A program made the translations under genes and the position numbers. From the NCBI GenBank assembly GCA_964430695.1, contig CAYSFO010000005.1, forward strand, positions 1 to 51,172: a stretch of DNA of 51,172 bases. The letters are read 5' to 3'. This stretch comes from an uncultured Muribaculaceae bacterium (GTDB taxonomy: Bacteria > Bacillota_I > Bacilli_A > RF39 > UBA660). Positions within the stretch are counted from its first letter, which is position 1, and each line of letters begins with the position of its first letter. Shown here piece by piece: positions 1-10,074 of this stretch. The notes under the pieces were generated by a model, which worked only from the letters and a program-made list of their open reading frames with translations, was not told the DNA's origin and searched no databases.

Positions 1-1
1 A

Positions 2-1480
2 GCAAAAGAACGTGTAACGATTAACGTTGAAACAAAAACCATGGCTACCATTACTTTCCAAAATTTATTTAGAATGTATGAAAAATTATCTGGTATGACA
101 GGAACAGCTAAAACAGAGGAAGAAGAATTTAGAAATATTTATAATATGTATGTAATAAGAATACCTACAAATAAACCAATTTCTAGAATCGATTTACCAG
201 ATTTAGTGTATGCAAATATGGCTGGTAAATATAAAGCAATCGTAAATACAATTAAAGAAGTTCATAAGACAGGACAACCAATTCTAGTTGGTACGATTTC
301 TGTAGAAGCCAATGAATATTTAAGTAAACTTTTAACAAAAGAAAAACTAAAACATGAAGTATTAAATGCTAAAAATCATGAAAGAGAAGCAGAAATCATT
401 GCTAAAGCAGGAACAAAAAATGCCATTACAATAGCTACCAATATGGCAGGTCGTGGAACAGACATTAAGTTAACGGAAGAAACACTTGAACTAGGTGGAC
501 TATATGTAATCGGTACAGAACGTCATGAATCTCGTCGTATTGATAACCAGCTTCGTGGTCGTAGTGGTCGTCAAGGAGATGTTGGTACAAGTCAATTCTT
601 TGTATCCTTTGATGATGACTTAATGCGTATGTTTGGAACAGATAGAATTAAACAAATCGTACAAAGTTTAGGAATGACAGATACCCAATCTATTCGTTCT
701 AAAGCAATTACAAGAAGTATTGAAACCGCTCAAAAAAAGGTTGAAGGAAATAACTTCGATATGCGTAAAAGTTTACTTGATTATGATAATGTCGTAAATG
801 AACAAAGAACAATAATTTATGAAAGACGTAATGAGATTTTAGACAATGAAAATATTCATGAAAGTATTATTGAGATTTTTAAAAATACAATTTCAACTCT
901 AGTAGATAATCATATAGAACCAGAAGGATATTTAACAGAAGATGATAAAAGCGAAATCATTGAGTTTGTAAATACAAACTACTTGAAAAATAAGCCAATG
1001 GATGTAAGTGAAATTCTAGATAAAAAAGATGATGAGATCAAAGAATTACTAACCGATAGAATTCTTAAAGATTATGAAAAGAAAATCAGTATTGCTCCAA
1101 ATTTCCAAGAATTTGAAAGAGCGATATCTTTAAAAATAATTGATACTTTATGGGTAGATCATATAAGTGCTATGGAACACTTAAAAGAAGGAATCATGTT
1201 ACGTGGCTATGGACAAGTAAATCCCCTACAAGCTTATACAATAGAAGGTTTCGATTTATTTGAAAACTTACTTGATAAAATCGATGAAAATATCGCAGGA
1301 TTTTTACTAAGAGCAAATATAGAACAAAATGTAGAACGTAAACAAACGATTGTTGGAGTAGCTAACGATGGAAAAGAAAAAGTAAAAAAGACTCCTAAAA
1401 AAGCAGCCAAAAAAGTTGGACGTAACGAAAGCTGTCCTTGTGGTTCAGGTAAGAAATATAAAAACTGCTGTGGTAAATAG
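2..1480 (+). CDS. secA: Preprotein translocase SecA, 5' truncated by the window edge
   Basis: Frame is open from base 2. Motifs GMTGTAKTEEEEF, ATNMAGRGTDI and RIDNQLRGRSGRQGD, plus the C-terminal SEC-C motif CPCGSGKKYKNCC. Confidence 0.99.
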   Translation, partial: AKERVTINVETKTMATITFQNLFRMYEKLSGMTGTAKTEEEEFRNIYNMYVIRIPTNKPISRIDLPDLVYANMAGKYKAIVNTIKEVHKTGQPILVGTISVEANEYLSKLLTKEKLKHEVLNAKNHEREAEIIAKAGTKNAITIATNMAGRGTDIKLTEETLELGGLYVIGTERHESRRIDNQLRGRSGRQGDVGTSQFFVSFDDDLMRMFGTDRIKQIVQSLGMTDTQSIRSKAITRSIETAQKKVEGNNFDMRKSLLDYDNVVNEQRTIIYERRNEILDNENIHESIIEIFKNTISTLVDNHIEPEGYLTEDDKSEIIEFVNTNYLKNKPMDVSEILDKKDDEIKELLTDRILKDYEKKISIAPNFQEFERAISLKIIDTLWVDHISAMEHLKEGIMLRGYGQVNPLQAYTIEGFDLFENLLDKIDENIAGFLLRANIEQNVERKQTIVGVANDGKEKVKKTPKKAAKKVGRNESCPCGSGKKYKNCCGK

Positions 1481-1485
1481 TAAAT

Positions 1486-1509
1486 AAACCCTTTATTATA
1501 AGGGTTTTT
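1486..1509 (+). terminator. Intrinsic terminator after secA
   Basis: AAACCCTT-tattat-AAGGGTTT hairpin ending in a T run, 5 nt after the stop. Confidence 0.8.
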
Positions 1510-1860
1510 ATAGTGTTATAAAGTTTTTAGAATTAATGAAATTTGCAAAATATATCAAAATACTTCATTGTTTGAAAATAAGGTAAAAAGTTTTGTAAAT
1601 ACAGTAAAATCAAAGACTTGAGAATGCAAAATGAGGAAAAATAAAATGCATTTTAAGAAAGGAATTTGTCTTTATAAAATTTGATTTAAGGTGATGAGAT
1701 AAAATAAAAAAAACTGTAGGAGATTAAATAAAATATACGATAGGAAGGAAAATGAGGAGAGCGAAATATTAATTGATTAAAATAGGTTATTTTTAATTAA
1801 TTTTTGTTACTTTATTTATAAACATACATGTTTGCCATAAAAAATATGATATTTTACTCA

Positions 1861-1914
1861 TTTTACGATTATCGTAAAAAATATATTGATTTTTGAAAAA
1901 ATATATCATATAAT
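1861..1914 (+). promoter_or_regulatory. Perfect palindrome (putative operator) plus sigma-A promoter
   Basis: TTTTACGAT-T-ATCGTAAAA at 1861-1879, then TTGATT(1886)-17 bp-TATAAT(1909). Confidence 0.7.
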
Positions 1915-1932
1915 TTTCTTAAGGTGATCATT

Positions 1933-2385
1933 ATGGAAAAAAGTAAAATTGCTAAAGTTGTTAGTGTTGTCCTCAATCTTTTGCTTATTGGAGGAATTAT
2001 CGCATTACCCTTTTTAGCGAAATTGTATGATATTTTTAAACTTGAGGATGTGCTTAGTTTTTCAAAACAGCATTGGCTTTATCAAATAGGATTTTATAGT
2101 TGCTTTATTGTTTGTTTAGGAATACTTTATTTTTTGATTAAAATATTTAACTTGGTCTATGCAGGTTCTCCTTTTAAAAATGAACTTGTTGTTTATTTGA
2201 AGATTAGTGCTGTTTTATTCATGATATTAGCCTTAATTGTAGCGCTTAAAACTATATTTATTCCTACAATTTTATCTGGAGCTGTCATATTGGTTACTTT
2301 TGTTTGCTCGCTTAGTTTTTATGTTTTAAGTAGTGTCTTTAAAGTTGCATGCTTTTACAAGCAAGAAATTGACTACGTAGTCTAG
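1933..2385 (+). CDS. DUF2975 (YoaS-like) membrane protein
   Basis: Four hydrophobic segments, an 'SPF' motif and a C-terminal 'F..A...KQE.D..V'. ATG 1933 follows SD AAGGTGA. Paired with a YozG-like HTH gene. Confidence 0.8.
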   Translation: MEKSKIAKVVSVVLNLLLIGGIIALPFLAKLYDIFKLEDVLSFSKQHWLYQIGFYSCFIVCLGILYFLIKIFNLVYAGSPFKNELVVYLKISAVLFMILALIVALKTIFIPTILSGAVILVTFVCSLSFYVLSSVFKVACFYKQEIDYVV

Positions 2386-2394
2386 GAGGAAACC

Positions 2395-2613
2395 ATGATT
2401 ATTGTTAATTTAGATGTTATAATGGCAAAGAGAAAAATGTCATTAAATGAACTTAGCGCTAAAACTGGAATTACTCCGACAAACTTGTCTATTTTAAAAA
2501 CAAATAAAGCCAAAGCAATTCGCTTTTCTACGCTTGAAGCTATTTGTAAAGCACTAAATTGTCAGCCAATGGATATTTTGGAAAATAAGGAGGTGAATCA
2601 TGAAAAAAAGTAG
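2395..2613 (+). CDS. YozG-like Cro/C1 HTH transcriptional regulator
   Basis: IIVNLDVIMAKRKMSLNELS...NLSILKTNKAKAIRFSTLEAICKALNCQP; SD AGGAGG. Confidence 0.92.
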   Translation: MIIVNLDVIMAKRKMSLNELSAKTGITPTNLSILKTNKAKAIRFSTLEAICKALNCQPMDILENKEVNHEKK

Positions 2614-3841
2614 TGTAAAATCTCCAAGAAATGAAGTTTTTACAGTTGTTTTTATCAGTGGATTTCTTGCTCTTTTTTTGAATATATTTCTTCGTACTGT
2701 AGATTTTAGTTATATTGCTAGGTTTATTTTTCCAGGACTTTTGCTGCTAATAGGTTATTTAGTTATTGTATTTTATTTAAAATATGAAATTAATCCTAAA
2801 GCTTTCTATCTTTTGATTCCCATTTTCTTAATAGAATGTAGCGATTTAATAATACCTATTGCTATTTCTAATGCACTTTTAAACTTGATTATGTTATTCA
2901 TATTAATCCCTATGTTTTTTGTGATTGCCTTAAATAAAGATAGATATATCTCAAGAGAAGTGTTTAAATGGCCTTGGATTCTAACATTCGCTAATTTCAT
3001 AAAAAATTGTAAAATAATTCAAGTGTTTAAAACGGGAAAAAAAGTCGATGCTACTAAATTACCAAAGATTCTTTTAGGGTGTCTTATTGGAATTCCTATA
3101 GCCTTTTTCATCTTGGACTTACTCATGAGTGCAGACAGATATTTTGAAAGCTTTTTAGAATCCTTTTTAGTTAACTTTCACGATATTGATTTTTTAGATT
3201 CTGTTGTTTCTTTTGTAATATCAACTGTTGTTTCATTTTTCCTAATTTATAACGTTTATGCCAATTCTATTCGACTTCGAGGTGTCATACAAAAAACTAC
3301 TACTCGTAGAGAAGTAGATGCTATTATTGCTAGGACAGTTCTTGTAATCCTTAATTTTGTTTTCGTTTTATTTCTATTTTCTGAAATCTCTAAATTAACA
3401 GTTAACTTTCTAAAGGTACCTACTTTATATACACATGCAAGTTATGCTAGAGAAGGATTTTTCCAATTGCTCTTTGTTACATTAATTAACTTTTCAATTA
3501 TTCTTTATCTTGTTTATTCTACGGATATAGTAGATAAGGATAGAATAGTTAAAAGATTACTTTATTTACTAATATTCTTCTCTATACTTCTTATTTTTAA
3601 TTCCTATTATCGCATGTATTTATATATTTATGAATATGGTTTTACTATTTTAAGATTGCAAGTTATTTTATTCTTATTGATGGAACTCATTCTTTTTGGA
3701 TTGGTTATAAAAAAGATGCATTCTTCTTTAAAACGAAATGATGGAACTATTTTTACAACTGTAATGCTTATCACTTATTTACTTAATTTATATCTTTGTA
3801 TTAATCCTGTTGTAAATCTTTTGAATAGGTTATTGCATTAA
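2600..3841 (+). CDS. DUF4153/DUF4173-type polytopic membrane protein
   Basis: Motifs LLMSADRYF, YAREGFFQLLFVTLINF and RMYLYIYEYGFTILRL; many TM segments. Confidence 0.8.
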   Translation: MKKSSVKSPRNEVFTVVFISGFLALFLNIFLRTVDFSYIARFIFPGLLLLIGYLVIVFYLKYEINPKAFYLLIPIFLIECSDLIIPIAISNALLNLIMLFILIPMFFVIALNKDRYISREVFKWPWILTFANFIKNCKIIQVFKTGKKVDATKLPKILLGCLIGIPIAFFILDLLMSADRYFESFLESFLVNFHDIDFLDSVVSFVISTVVSFFLIYNVYANSIRLRGVIQKTTTRREVDAIIARTVLVILNFVFVLFLFSEISKLTVNFLKVPTLYTHASYAREGFFQLLFVTLINFSIILYLVYSTDIVDKDRIVKRLLYLLIFFSILLIFNSYYRMYLYIYEYGFTILRLQVILFLLMELILFGLVIKKMHSSLKRNDGTIFTTVMLITYLLNLYLCINPVVNLLNRLLH

Positions 3842-3874
3842 AAAAGTTGGTAACTTTTTCGTTATCAATTTTTT
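3841..3874 (+). terminator. Intrinsic terminator
   Basis: AAAAAGTTGGTAAC-tttttc-GTTATCAATTTTTT hairpin with G-U pairs, right after the stop. Confidence 0.6.
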
Positions 3875-4164
3875 ATAATTCTTTCTTTACAATTTATTTT
3901 CTTTAATTTTATATGCTTACCCCATACATGTGATATTATTAGTGGTACACCATCACCTGTTAGCGAATGTGATAAAGTGAGATGGTTTAAGCTTATGACC
4001 ATAAACAAATGTTAGAAGACCTAAATTTAATTTAATATGAATTATTTAATTTATAAAAAGTAAAAATAAAGAAATGTAAACTTAAAAACATTTCTTTTTT
4101 ATAAATCTTAATTTGAATAATAAAAAAAACAAACAAGTAAATATACCTATTTGTTTAAAAATCA

Positions 4165-5793
4165 TTAAAGCTTTCTTCTTCTATCCCTTTTCATTCCATT
4201 TTCCTTTAACCAAGAAGAATCAATTGCAGGAATAATTAACTGATCTCCTAAGGAACCATAATTTTTAACAACTTCATTATATTCATGTTGCAATTGTAAA
4301 GCTTCATTTTTCATACTAACTAATATTTCTTTGATGTCTTGATTATTAAGTTTATGTTCACGTATTTCATGACTTAAATAGTCAAACTTTTCTTTAGCTT
4401 TCTCAAAACCATAGATTCCTATGAAAACCATGAGAACATCAATAACAAGTCCTACCAAAATACCTGTTACTGTAAAAGGAACGATATATTTAGTACTTTT
4501 TCGTTGAATACTTTTATCTTGATAAGTTTCAGTAACTAAAATAGTATATTCTGTTGTATTATCACTATCTTCTAGAACTTCTTTAGATTCATTATATTGA
4601 TGCTTTTTAATAGTATTTCCAACTAAATCTTCACTTGTTATATGATAATCATCAGGAATATTGTCAGGTACAACATAGTCATATCCAGTAATATGTCGTA
4701 TATATCCACTGCCAATAGGCTTTTTTCCCCAAGGACTGCATTCCATTATCGTAGCTACATAAGTTGTTTCCTTTTCATCAAAAACTTCTTCTTGCTCTCC
4801 AATAATATTCCCTGTATTTAAATCTATAGTTCTCGTAATAGTTTTATATTCTGTAATTTTATTAGAAGCATATTTACCAAGAGCATTTCCAGCACCTAAA
4901 GTAATCATGGGAACTAAAACCATGGATAACATTTTTGCGGTTAAAAGTGCCTGTTTCATATAAAGGTTTTTAATAAAATTATTATTGTTATTGAGTTTTG
5001 ATGATAAAATGGCTTTTTTAGTAGCAAAAACTGCTACTTTTTCTTCTAAATCTGAGATAGCTTTTCTTTTTCTTTCTTGATATTCTGAATTTATTTCTCC
5101 AACAGTTTTTCGAGAAATTTTTCGAATAAAATCAGAATTTAAATAATCGTATCCTAATCCCTCTGTTTTAATCGTACGTAAGCCTTCTTCAATCAAATCT
5201 TGTTTACTTAAACTTTTAAAGTCATTAGATAATAATCTACCAATATTCTCTATATTAATTGGAATATTTAATTGAAGAATATAAGATAAAACATCACTTC
5301 GCTCAAATATTTCCTCATAAAGAATAGTAGAATATATAGTTTTATAGGCGCTTGCTACCAAATCATTTTTTCCTTTATGACGGGTTATATCTAAGGAATT
5401 TATCATATCAATTAAATTTATAGAATTTTGAATGATTTCACCAATATTTTCACACGTAACTGTAGATATTTGAATGTCAATATTAGAAGATAACAAATGC
5501 AATTCATAATATGGAAGAAACTGTTCTTCAAGTTTTCTATGTAAGTCATCAAGTCTTTTTATATATTTTTTAAAAGCAAATTGCTCATAATCCGCTTGCA
5601 TTTCTTTAAAAAAACCTTCTGTTGATAAGTCAGTATCATTTTCTACATCTTGTTGAATTTGTAAAAATTCATTATTCTCTTCAGATACATCTAATATTTC
5701 TTGAAGTTTAGAAAAAATTCCTTCTAAATCCTGTATTTTAGAGTTATATTCTGCACGCCCTCTGGTTAAATTGGTATTTTTAACTTGTGCCAT
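4165..5793 (-). CDS. Hypothetical coiled-coil membrane protein with two TM segments
   Basis: 542-aa ORF with SD GAGGGG. Hydrophobic segments MLSMVLVPMITLGAG and IVPFTVTGILVGLVIDVLMVFIGI are flanked by helical regions. Confidence 0.8.
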   Translation of the reverse strand: MAQVKNTNLTRGRAEYNSKIQDLEGIFSKLQEILDVSEENNEFLQIQQDVENDTDLSTEGFFKEMQADYEQFAFKKYIKRLDDLHRKLEEQFLPYYELHLLSSNIDIQISTVTCENIGEIIQNSINLIDMINSLDITRHKGKNDLVASAYKTIYSTILYEEIFERSDVLSYILQLNIPINIENIGRLLSNDFKSLSKQDLIEEGLRTIKTEGLGYDYLNSDFIRKISRKTVGEINSEYQERKRKAISDLEEKVAVFATKKAILSSKLNNNNNFIKNLYMKQALLTAKMLSMVLVPMITLGAGNALGKYASNKITEYKTITRTIDLNTGNIIGEQEEVFDEKETTYVATIMECSPWGKKPIGSGYIRHITGYDYVVPDNIPDDYHITSEDLVGNTIKKHQYNESKEVLEDSDNTTEYTILVTETYQDKSIQRKSTKYIVPFTVTGILVGLVIDVLMVFIGIYGFEKAKEKFDYLSHEIREHKLNNQDIKEILVSMKNEALQLQHEYNEVVKNYGSLGDQLIIPAIDSSWLKENGMKRDRRRKL

Positions 5794-5818
5794 TTAAATC
5801 CCCTCTTTCTGGGCACAT

Positions 5819-5896
5819 ACACTAACATTTTTAGACGAATTTGTCAAGAATGTATGCGACAAAAATCTTGACAAGAAAACGACTATGCATTAGAAT
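5819..5896. promoter_or_regulatory. Back-to-back divergent sigma-A promoters
   Basis: Plus strand TTGACA(5868)-17-TAGAAT(5891). Minus strand TTGACA(5847-5842)-17-TAGTGT with an extended TG. Confidence 0.65.
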
Positions 5897-5922
5897 ATCT
5901 CTCTAGCGAAAGGGGAATCTAT

Positions 5923-6663
5923 ATGAATAAATATACTTTAACAAAAACAATACCTCTTACATTGGCGGCTTCGATATTATTATCAGGATGTGGGGAACAA
6001 GCAGAGTGTGAAATACCTACAAGACATATTCATAAATATACGAAGCAAGTGACAGATGATATTACAATTGAAAAATATGTGGATAGTGAAGATCTATCTT
6101 TATTCGGATACAAATGGAATGATGAGTATATTGAAATCAATAAAGTGGACGAGGAATTATTCAAAGTATTAAAAAAGAAAGGATTATTTGACGGAGAAAC
6201 TAATTGGAGATATTTATATAATGAAATGGCCACACACCATGATTATTTAATGTTTTATTATGAATATACTACAACGGAAACCTATACTACTACAGATAGC
6301 GATGGAAATACAAGTGTTCATACAAGAACTGTTACACATACTGGATGGACCGATAATCCAAATGATATTAATAATACAGGTAAAACAAGATTATACCATC
6401 ATAAATACTATGGATATAGAATCATATATGAAAATGGTAAGTTTAAAGCGGAAAAAAGCCCAATAGTAGACGATATAAGAGAAGTAATAGAAGAATACCC
6501 CTATTTTTCTGAAGACTGTGTAACAGAAGTATTTGAAACTTTTAAATTCAAAAGACGAGAATTAAGAGAGCTATCCCCTGAAGATTTTACTGTATTTACA
6601 GGCCCTGACTTAGACAACCCAAATTTAGATACTGGACAAGCAAGAGAGAGAAAAATAAAATAA
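5923..6663 (+). CDS. Hypothetical lipoprotein
   Basis: Signal peptide with lipobox LLSG-C; SD AGGGG; Tyr-rich mature region. Confidence 0.75.
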   Translation: MNKYTLTKTIPLTLAASILLSGCGEQAECEIPTRHIHKYTKQVTDDITIEKYVDSEDLSLFGYKWNDEYIEINKVDEELFKVLKKKGLFDGETNWRYLYNEMATHHDYLMFYYEYTTTETYTTTDSDGNTSVHTRTVTHTGWTDNPNDINNTGKTRLYHHKYYGYRIIYENGKFKAEKSPIVDDIREVIEEYPYFSEDCVTEVFETFKFKRRELRELSPEDFTVFTGPDLDNPNLDTGQARERKIK

Positions 6664-6745
6664 CAAACTTTCAAGAAAATAAATGGAAGAAACTTTGGTA
6701 ACATTTATCAAAGTTTTTTTGTTATAATATTTTTGGTGAATAACT

Positions 6746-7832
6746 ATGGATAAAAAAGAACTTATAAGTGCATTAAACAATTTATTAGAAAAAGTAACTG
6801 ATCTTGGGAGGTCACTTTGACTTAAAAAATAAAAAAAAGCGTCTAGAAGAATTAGAAAATGTAACAAAAGAACCAAACTTCTGGGAAGATATTAATAAAG
6901 CAAACAAAACAAATCAAGAATATGTCAATTTAAAAAAAGAATACGATAGCTTTTTTAAAATCAAAAATAATCTTGTGGATAACCTAGAACTTATCAACAT
7001 CGTAGAAGAACAAGAACTAAGCAATATTTTAAGTGATTTTGAAAATTTAGAAAAACAAGTAGAAGATTTAGAACTTAATAGTCTTTTAAATAAAGAAAAT
7101 GACCCCTTAAATTGCTATTTAGAAATCCATCCTGGTGCTGGAGGAACCGAATCTTGTGATTGGGCAAGCATGCTTTCTCGTATGTACATGCGTTTTTGTG
7201 AAACAATGAATTATCAATATGAAATTATAGAAAGCCAAAAAGGGGAAGAAGCGGGCTTAAAAAGTATCACAATTTATATTAAAGGATTGTATGCTTTTGG
7301 CTATTTAAAAGGAGAAAAAGGAGTACACCGCTTAGTAAGAATTTCTCCATTTGACTCCAATAAAAGAAGACACACTTCCTTCGCCTCTGTGTTAGTAACC
7401 CCAGAATATGATAAAGAAATTACCATTGACATAAAAGAAAGTGATTTAAAAATTGATGTTTACCATAGTAGTGGAGCAGGAGGACAATCTGTAAATACGT
7501 CTAACTCGGCTGTACGTATTACCCATCTTCCTACAAAAACAGTTGTAACCTGTCAAAATGAACGTAGTCAACTAAAAAATAAAGAGCAAGCCATGAAAAT
7601 TTTAAAAAACAAGTTATACGAATTAGAACTACAAAATATGGAAAATAAAATGAATGATCTAAAAGGAAATATGGAAAATATTAATTTTGGAAGCCAAATA
7701 AGAAGTTATGTTCTAGAACCATATAAACTAGTCAAAGACAATCGCTCTGGATATGAAACAAGTAATGTTTTAAAAGTACTAGACGGTGAATTACTTCCAA
7801 TGATAAAATCCATTTTAAAAATGAGGGAATAA
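6746..7832 (+). CDS. prfB: Peptide chain release factor 2, programmed +1 frameshift
   Basis: ORF1 MDKKELISALNNLLEKVTDLGRSL ends at CTT-TGA-C (6815-6821) behind internal SD GGGAGG. The +1 frame carries the SPF and GGQ motifs. Confidence 0.98.
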
Positions 7833-7834
7833 AT

Positions 7835-8677
7835 ATGCAAAAATTAAAAAACTATTTAAATTTAATTTTAGGGCTCTTTCTAGCGGCTTTTTCATTTAGT
7901 TTGTTTTTAGCCCCTTACAATTTTGCGGCTGGCGGAGTAAGTGGTCTAGCTTTAATTATTCATAAATTAATAGCAATTGATGAAAGCTTATTTATTTTAA
8001 TCGTCAACACGATTCTGTTAGGAATAAGCTATCTATGTCTTGGAAAAGAAAAAACAAAGAATACGATTTTAGGAGCACTTCTTTTTCCTATTTTTGTGCG
8101 AATCACTGAGTACATAGTTCCCTATATAAAAATAAATGACTTAGAACATATTGTCATTGCTGTTTTAGGAGGAATCCTAAGTGGTATAGGTTATGGCTTA
8201 GTTTTTAAAAGTGGTTTTACTTCTGGGGGAACAGATATCTTAAATCAAATTATTGAAAAATATTTTCATATGCCTATTTCAAAATCCATTATTATTGTAG
8301 ATGGTCTCATTACAATTACTACGGGAGTTGTCTTTGATTTTTCGACCATGTTATACGCCCTAATTGCTCTTGTACTAATTAGTGTATTTAGTAATAAAAC
8401 AATTGTTGGCGTAGGAGAAAGTAAAACTTTATATATCCATTCTCCAAAATACGAAGAAATAAAATATTATTTACACCAGGAAATGAAAGTAGATAGTACC
8501 GATTTTGACGTGGTTGGTGGATATTCTAAGAAAAAAGGCAAAGTAATTTTAACCGTCATTAATACAAACGATTACTATCGTATTAAAGAAGCAATTACGA
8601 TTATTGATCCTAATGCTTTTATAACGGCAACAAACGCTTATCAACTTGTCAATGAGAATATGAACATAAAAAGTTGA
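7835..8677 (+). CDS. YitT family membrane protein
   Basis: GGVSGLALII, GFTSGGTDIL and C-terminal IDPNAFI. Confidence 0.9.
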   Translation: MQKLKNYLNLILGLFLAAFSFSLFLAPYNFAAGGVSGLALIIHKLIAIDESLFILIVNTILLGISYLCLGKEKTKNTILGALLFPIFVRITEYIVPYIKINDLEHIVIAVLGGILSGIGYGLVFKSGFTSGGTDILNQIIEKYFHMPISKSIIIVDGLITITTGVVFDFSTMLYALIALVLISVFSNKTIVGVGESKTLYIHSPKYEEIKYYLHQEMKVDSTDFDVVGGYSKKKGKVILTVINTNDYYRIKEAITIIDPNAFITATNAYQLVNENMNIKS

Positions 8678-8718
8678 TTTTATTTGAAGTTTAGCTTAAA
8701 ATAGGGAAAAATTAGGTG

Positions 8719-10074
8719 ATGAATTTGAATTTAGTACTTAACTTTTTAAAAGAATTTTTACAAAAAAATGACACAATCGTTATCGGCGTTTCTGGCGGGT
8801 CAGATTCTATGTGTCTGTTACAACTTTTAATTGACTTAAAAGAAGATTATCATTTGAAACTAATTTGTGCCCATGTAAATCACGGAAAAAGAAAAGAAAG
8901 TGAAGAAGAAAAAGAATTTGTAGAAAATTTTTGCCAAAAAAACAATTGTATTTTTGAATACCAAAAATTAAACTTTAAAAATGAAAAAAACTTTGAAAAC
9001 CAAGCTAGAGAAAAAAGATATGCTTTTTATAATACTTTAATAGAAAAATATCAAGCAAATTATTTAATGACTGCTCATCATGGAGATGATTTGATAGAAA
9101 CCGTTCTAATGCGCCTAACCCGTGGTAGCAACGTGCATGGATACAGTGGATTTGCTATTGTAACCGAGTATCAAAATTATAAATTAGTAAGACCACTCAT
9201 TTTTGCAACGAAAGAAGAAATTGAAGAATATAACCGAATTAACAAAATAGAATATCGTATAGATAAAACAAACGAAAGTGATGCCTATACGAGAAATCGT
9301 TATCGCCATCACCTCCTACCTTTCTTAAAAGAAGAAAATAAAAATATTCATAAAAAGTTTTTAAGATTTAGCGAAGAACTATCTTTAATTGATGAATATT
9401 TAGAAAAACAGACAAAAATTGCCTTGACTAGCGTATATGATTTTGGTACAGTAAATCTGCATGAATTTAAAAAATTAGATTTGGTACTTCAAAGACGTGT
9501 CATTGAATATGCTTTAAAAGAAGAATATAAAAATAATATTCATTTTGTGAACGATTGTCATGTAAAATTAATATTAGATTTATGTCATAGCAATAAACCA
9601 AATTTGAAATTAAATCTGCCATTAAAAAGAATTTTGCAAAAAAGTTATGAAAAAGTCTTTTTTAGTTATATTCATGACATGAAAAGCCAAGAATATATAT
9701 TAGAAGAGAATGTAAAATTAAATGAATTAGAAAGCATTATAAAAATAGATGCTACAAATATTCTAAAAAGCAATTATATATTAAGGCTAGACAGTAAAGA
9801 AATTGCTTTACCACTAAAAGTAAGAAAGAGAAAATCAAGCGATAGAATGCATATTAAAAATATGCAAGGGACGAAAAAAGTAAAAGATATTTTTATAAAT
9901 GAAAAAATTCCTATGGAAAAAAGAGATACATGGCCAGTAGTAATTGATGCAAATGACAATATTCTTTGGCTTCCTGGTTTAAAAAAATCAAACTTTGATA
10001 AAAATAAAGATGAATTTTATGATATAATATATAAATATGTGATTAGTGAGGAGAAAAAAAATGAAGAAAAATAA
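8719..10074 (+). CDS. tilS: tRNA(Ile)-lysidine synthetase
   Basis: PP-loop SGGSDS, HVNHG, TAHHGDD, RNRYRH; lies upstream of ftsH. Confidence 0.97.
   Translation: MNLNLVLNFLKEFLQKNDTIVIGVSGGSDSMCLLQLLIDLKEDYHLKLICAHVNHGKRKESEEEKEFVENFCQKNNCIFEYQKLNFKNEKNFENQAREKRYAFYNTLIEKYQANYLMTAHHGDDLIETVLMRLTRGSNVHGYSGFAIVTEYQNYKLVRPLIFATKEEIEEYNRINKIEYRIDKTNESDAYTRNRYRHHLLPFLKEENKNIHKKFLRFSEELSLIDEYLEKQTKIALTSVYDFGTVNLHEFKKLDLVLQRRVIEYALKEEYKNNIHFVNDCHVKLILDLCHSNKPNLKLNLPLKRILQKSYEKVFFSYIHDMKSQEYILEENVKLNELESIIKIDATNILKSNYILRLDSKEIALPLKVRKRKSSDRMHIKNMQGTKKVKDIFINEKIPMEKRDTWPVVIDANDNILWLPGLKKSNFDKNKDEFYDIIYKYVISEEKKNEEK

Noticed and set aside
1510-1860. Hidden gene or mobile-element end in the long gap after secA
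   Set aside because: The gap is AT-rich, with no ORF, terminal inverted repeat or structure that I can support.
3865-4002. Tyrosine-recombinase remnant (HSL...GVPLIISHVWG)
   Set aside because: The resemblance is superficial: catalytic R, H and Y spacing is absent and there is no SD.
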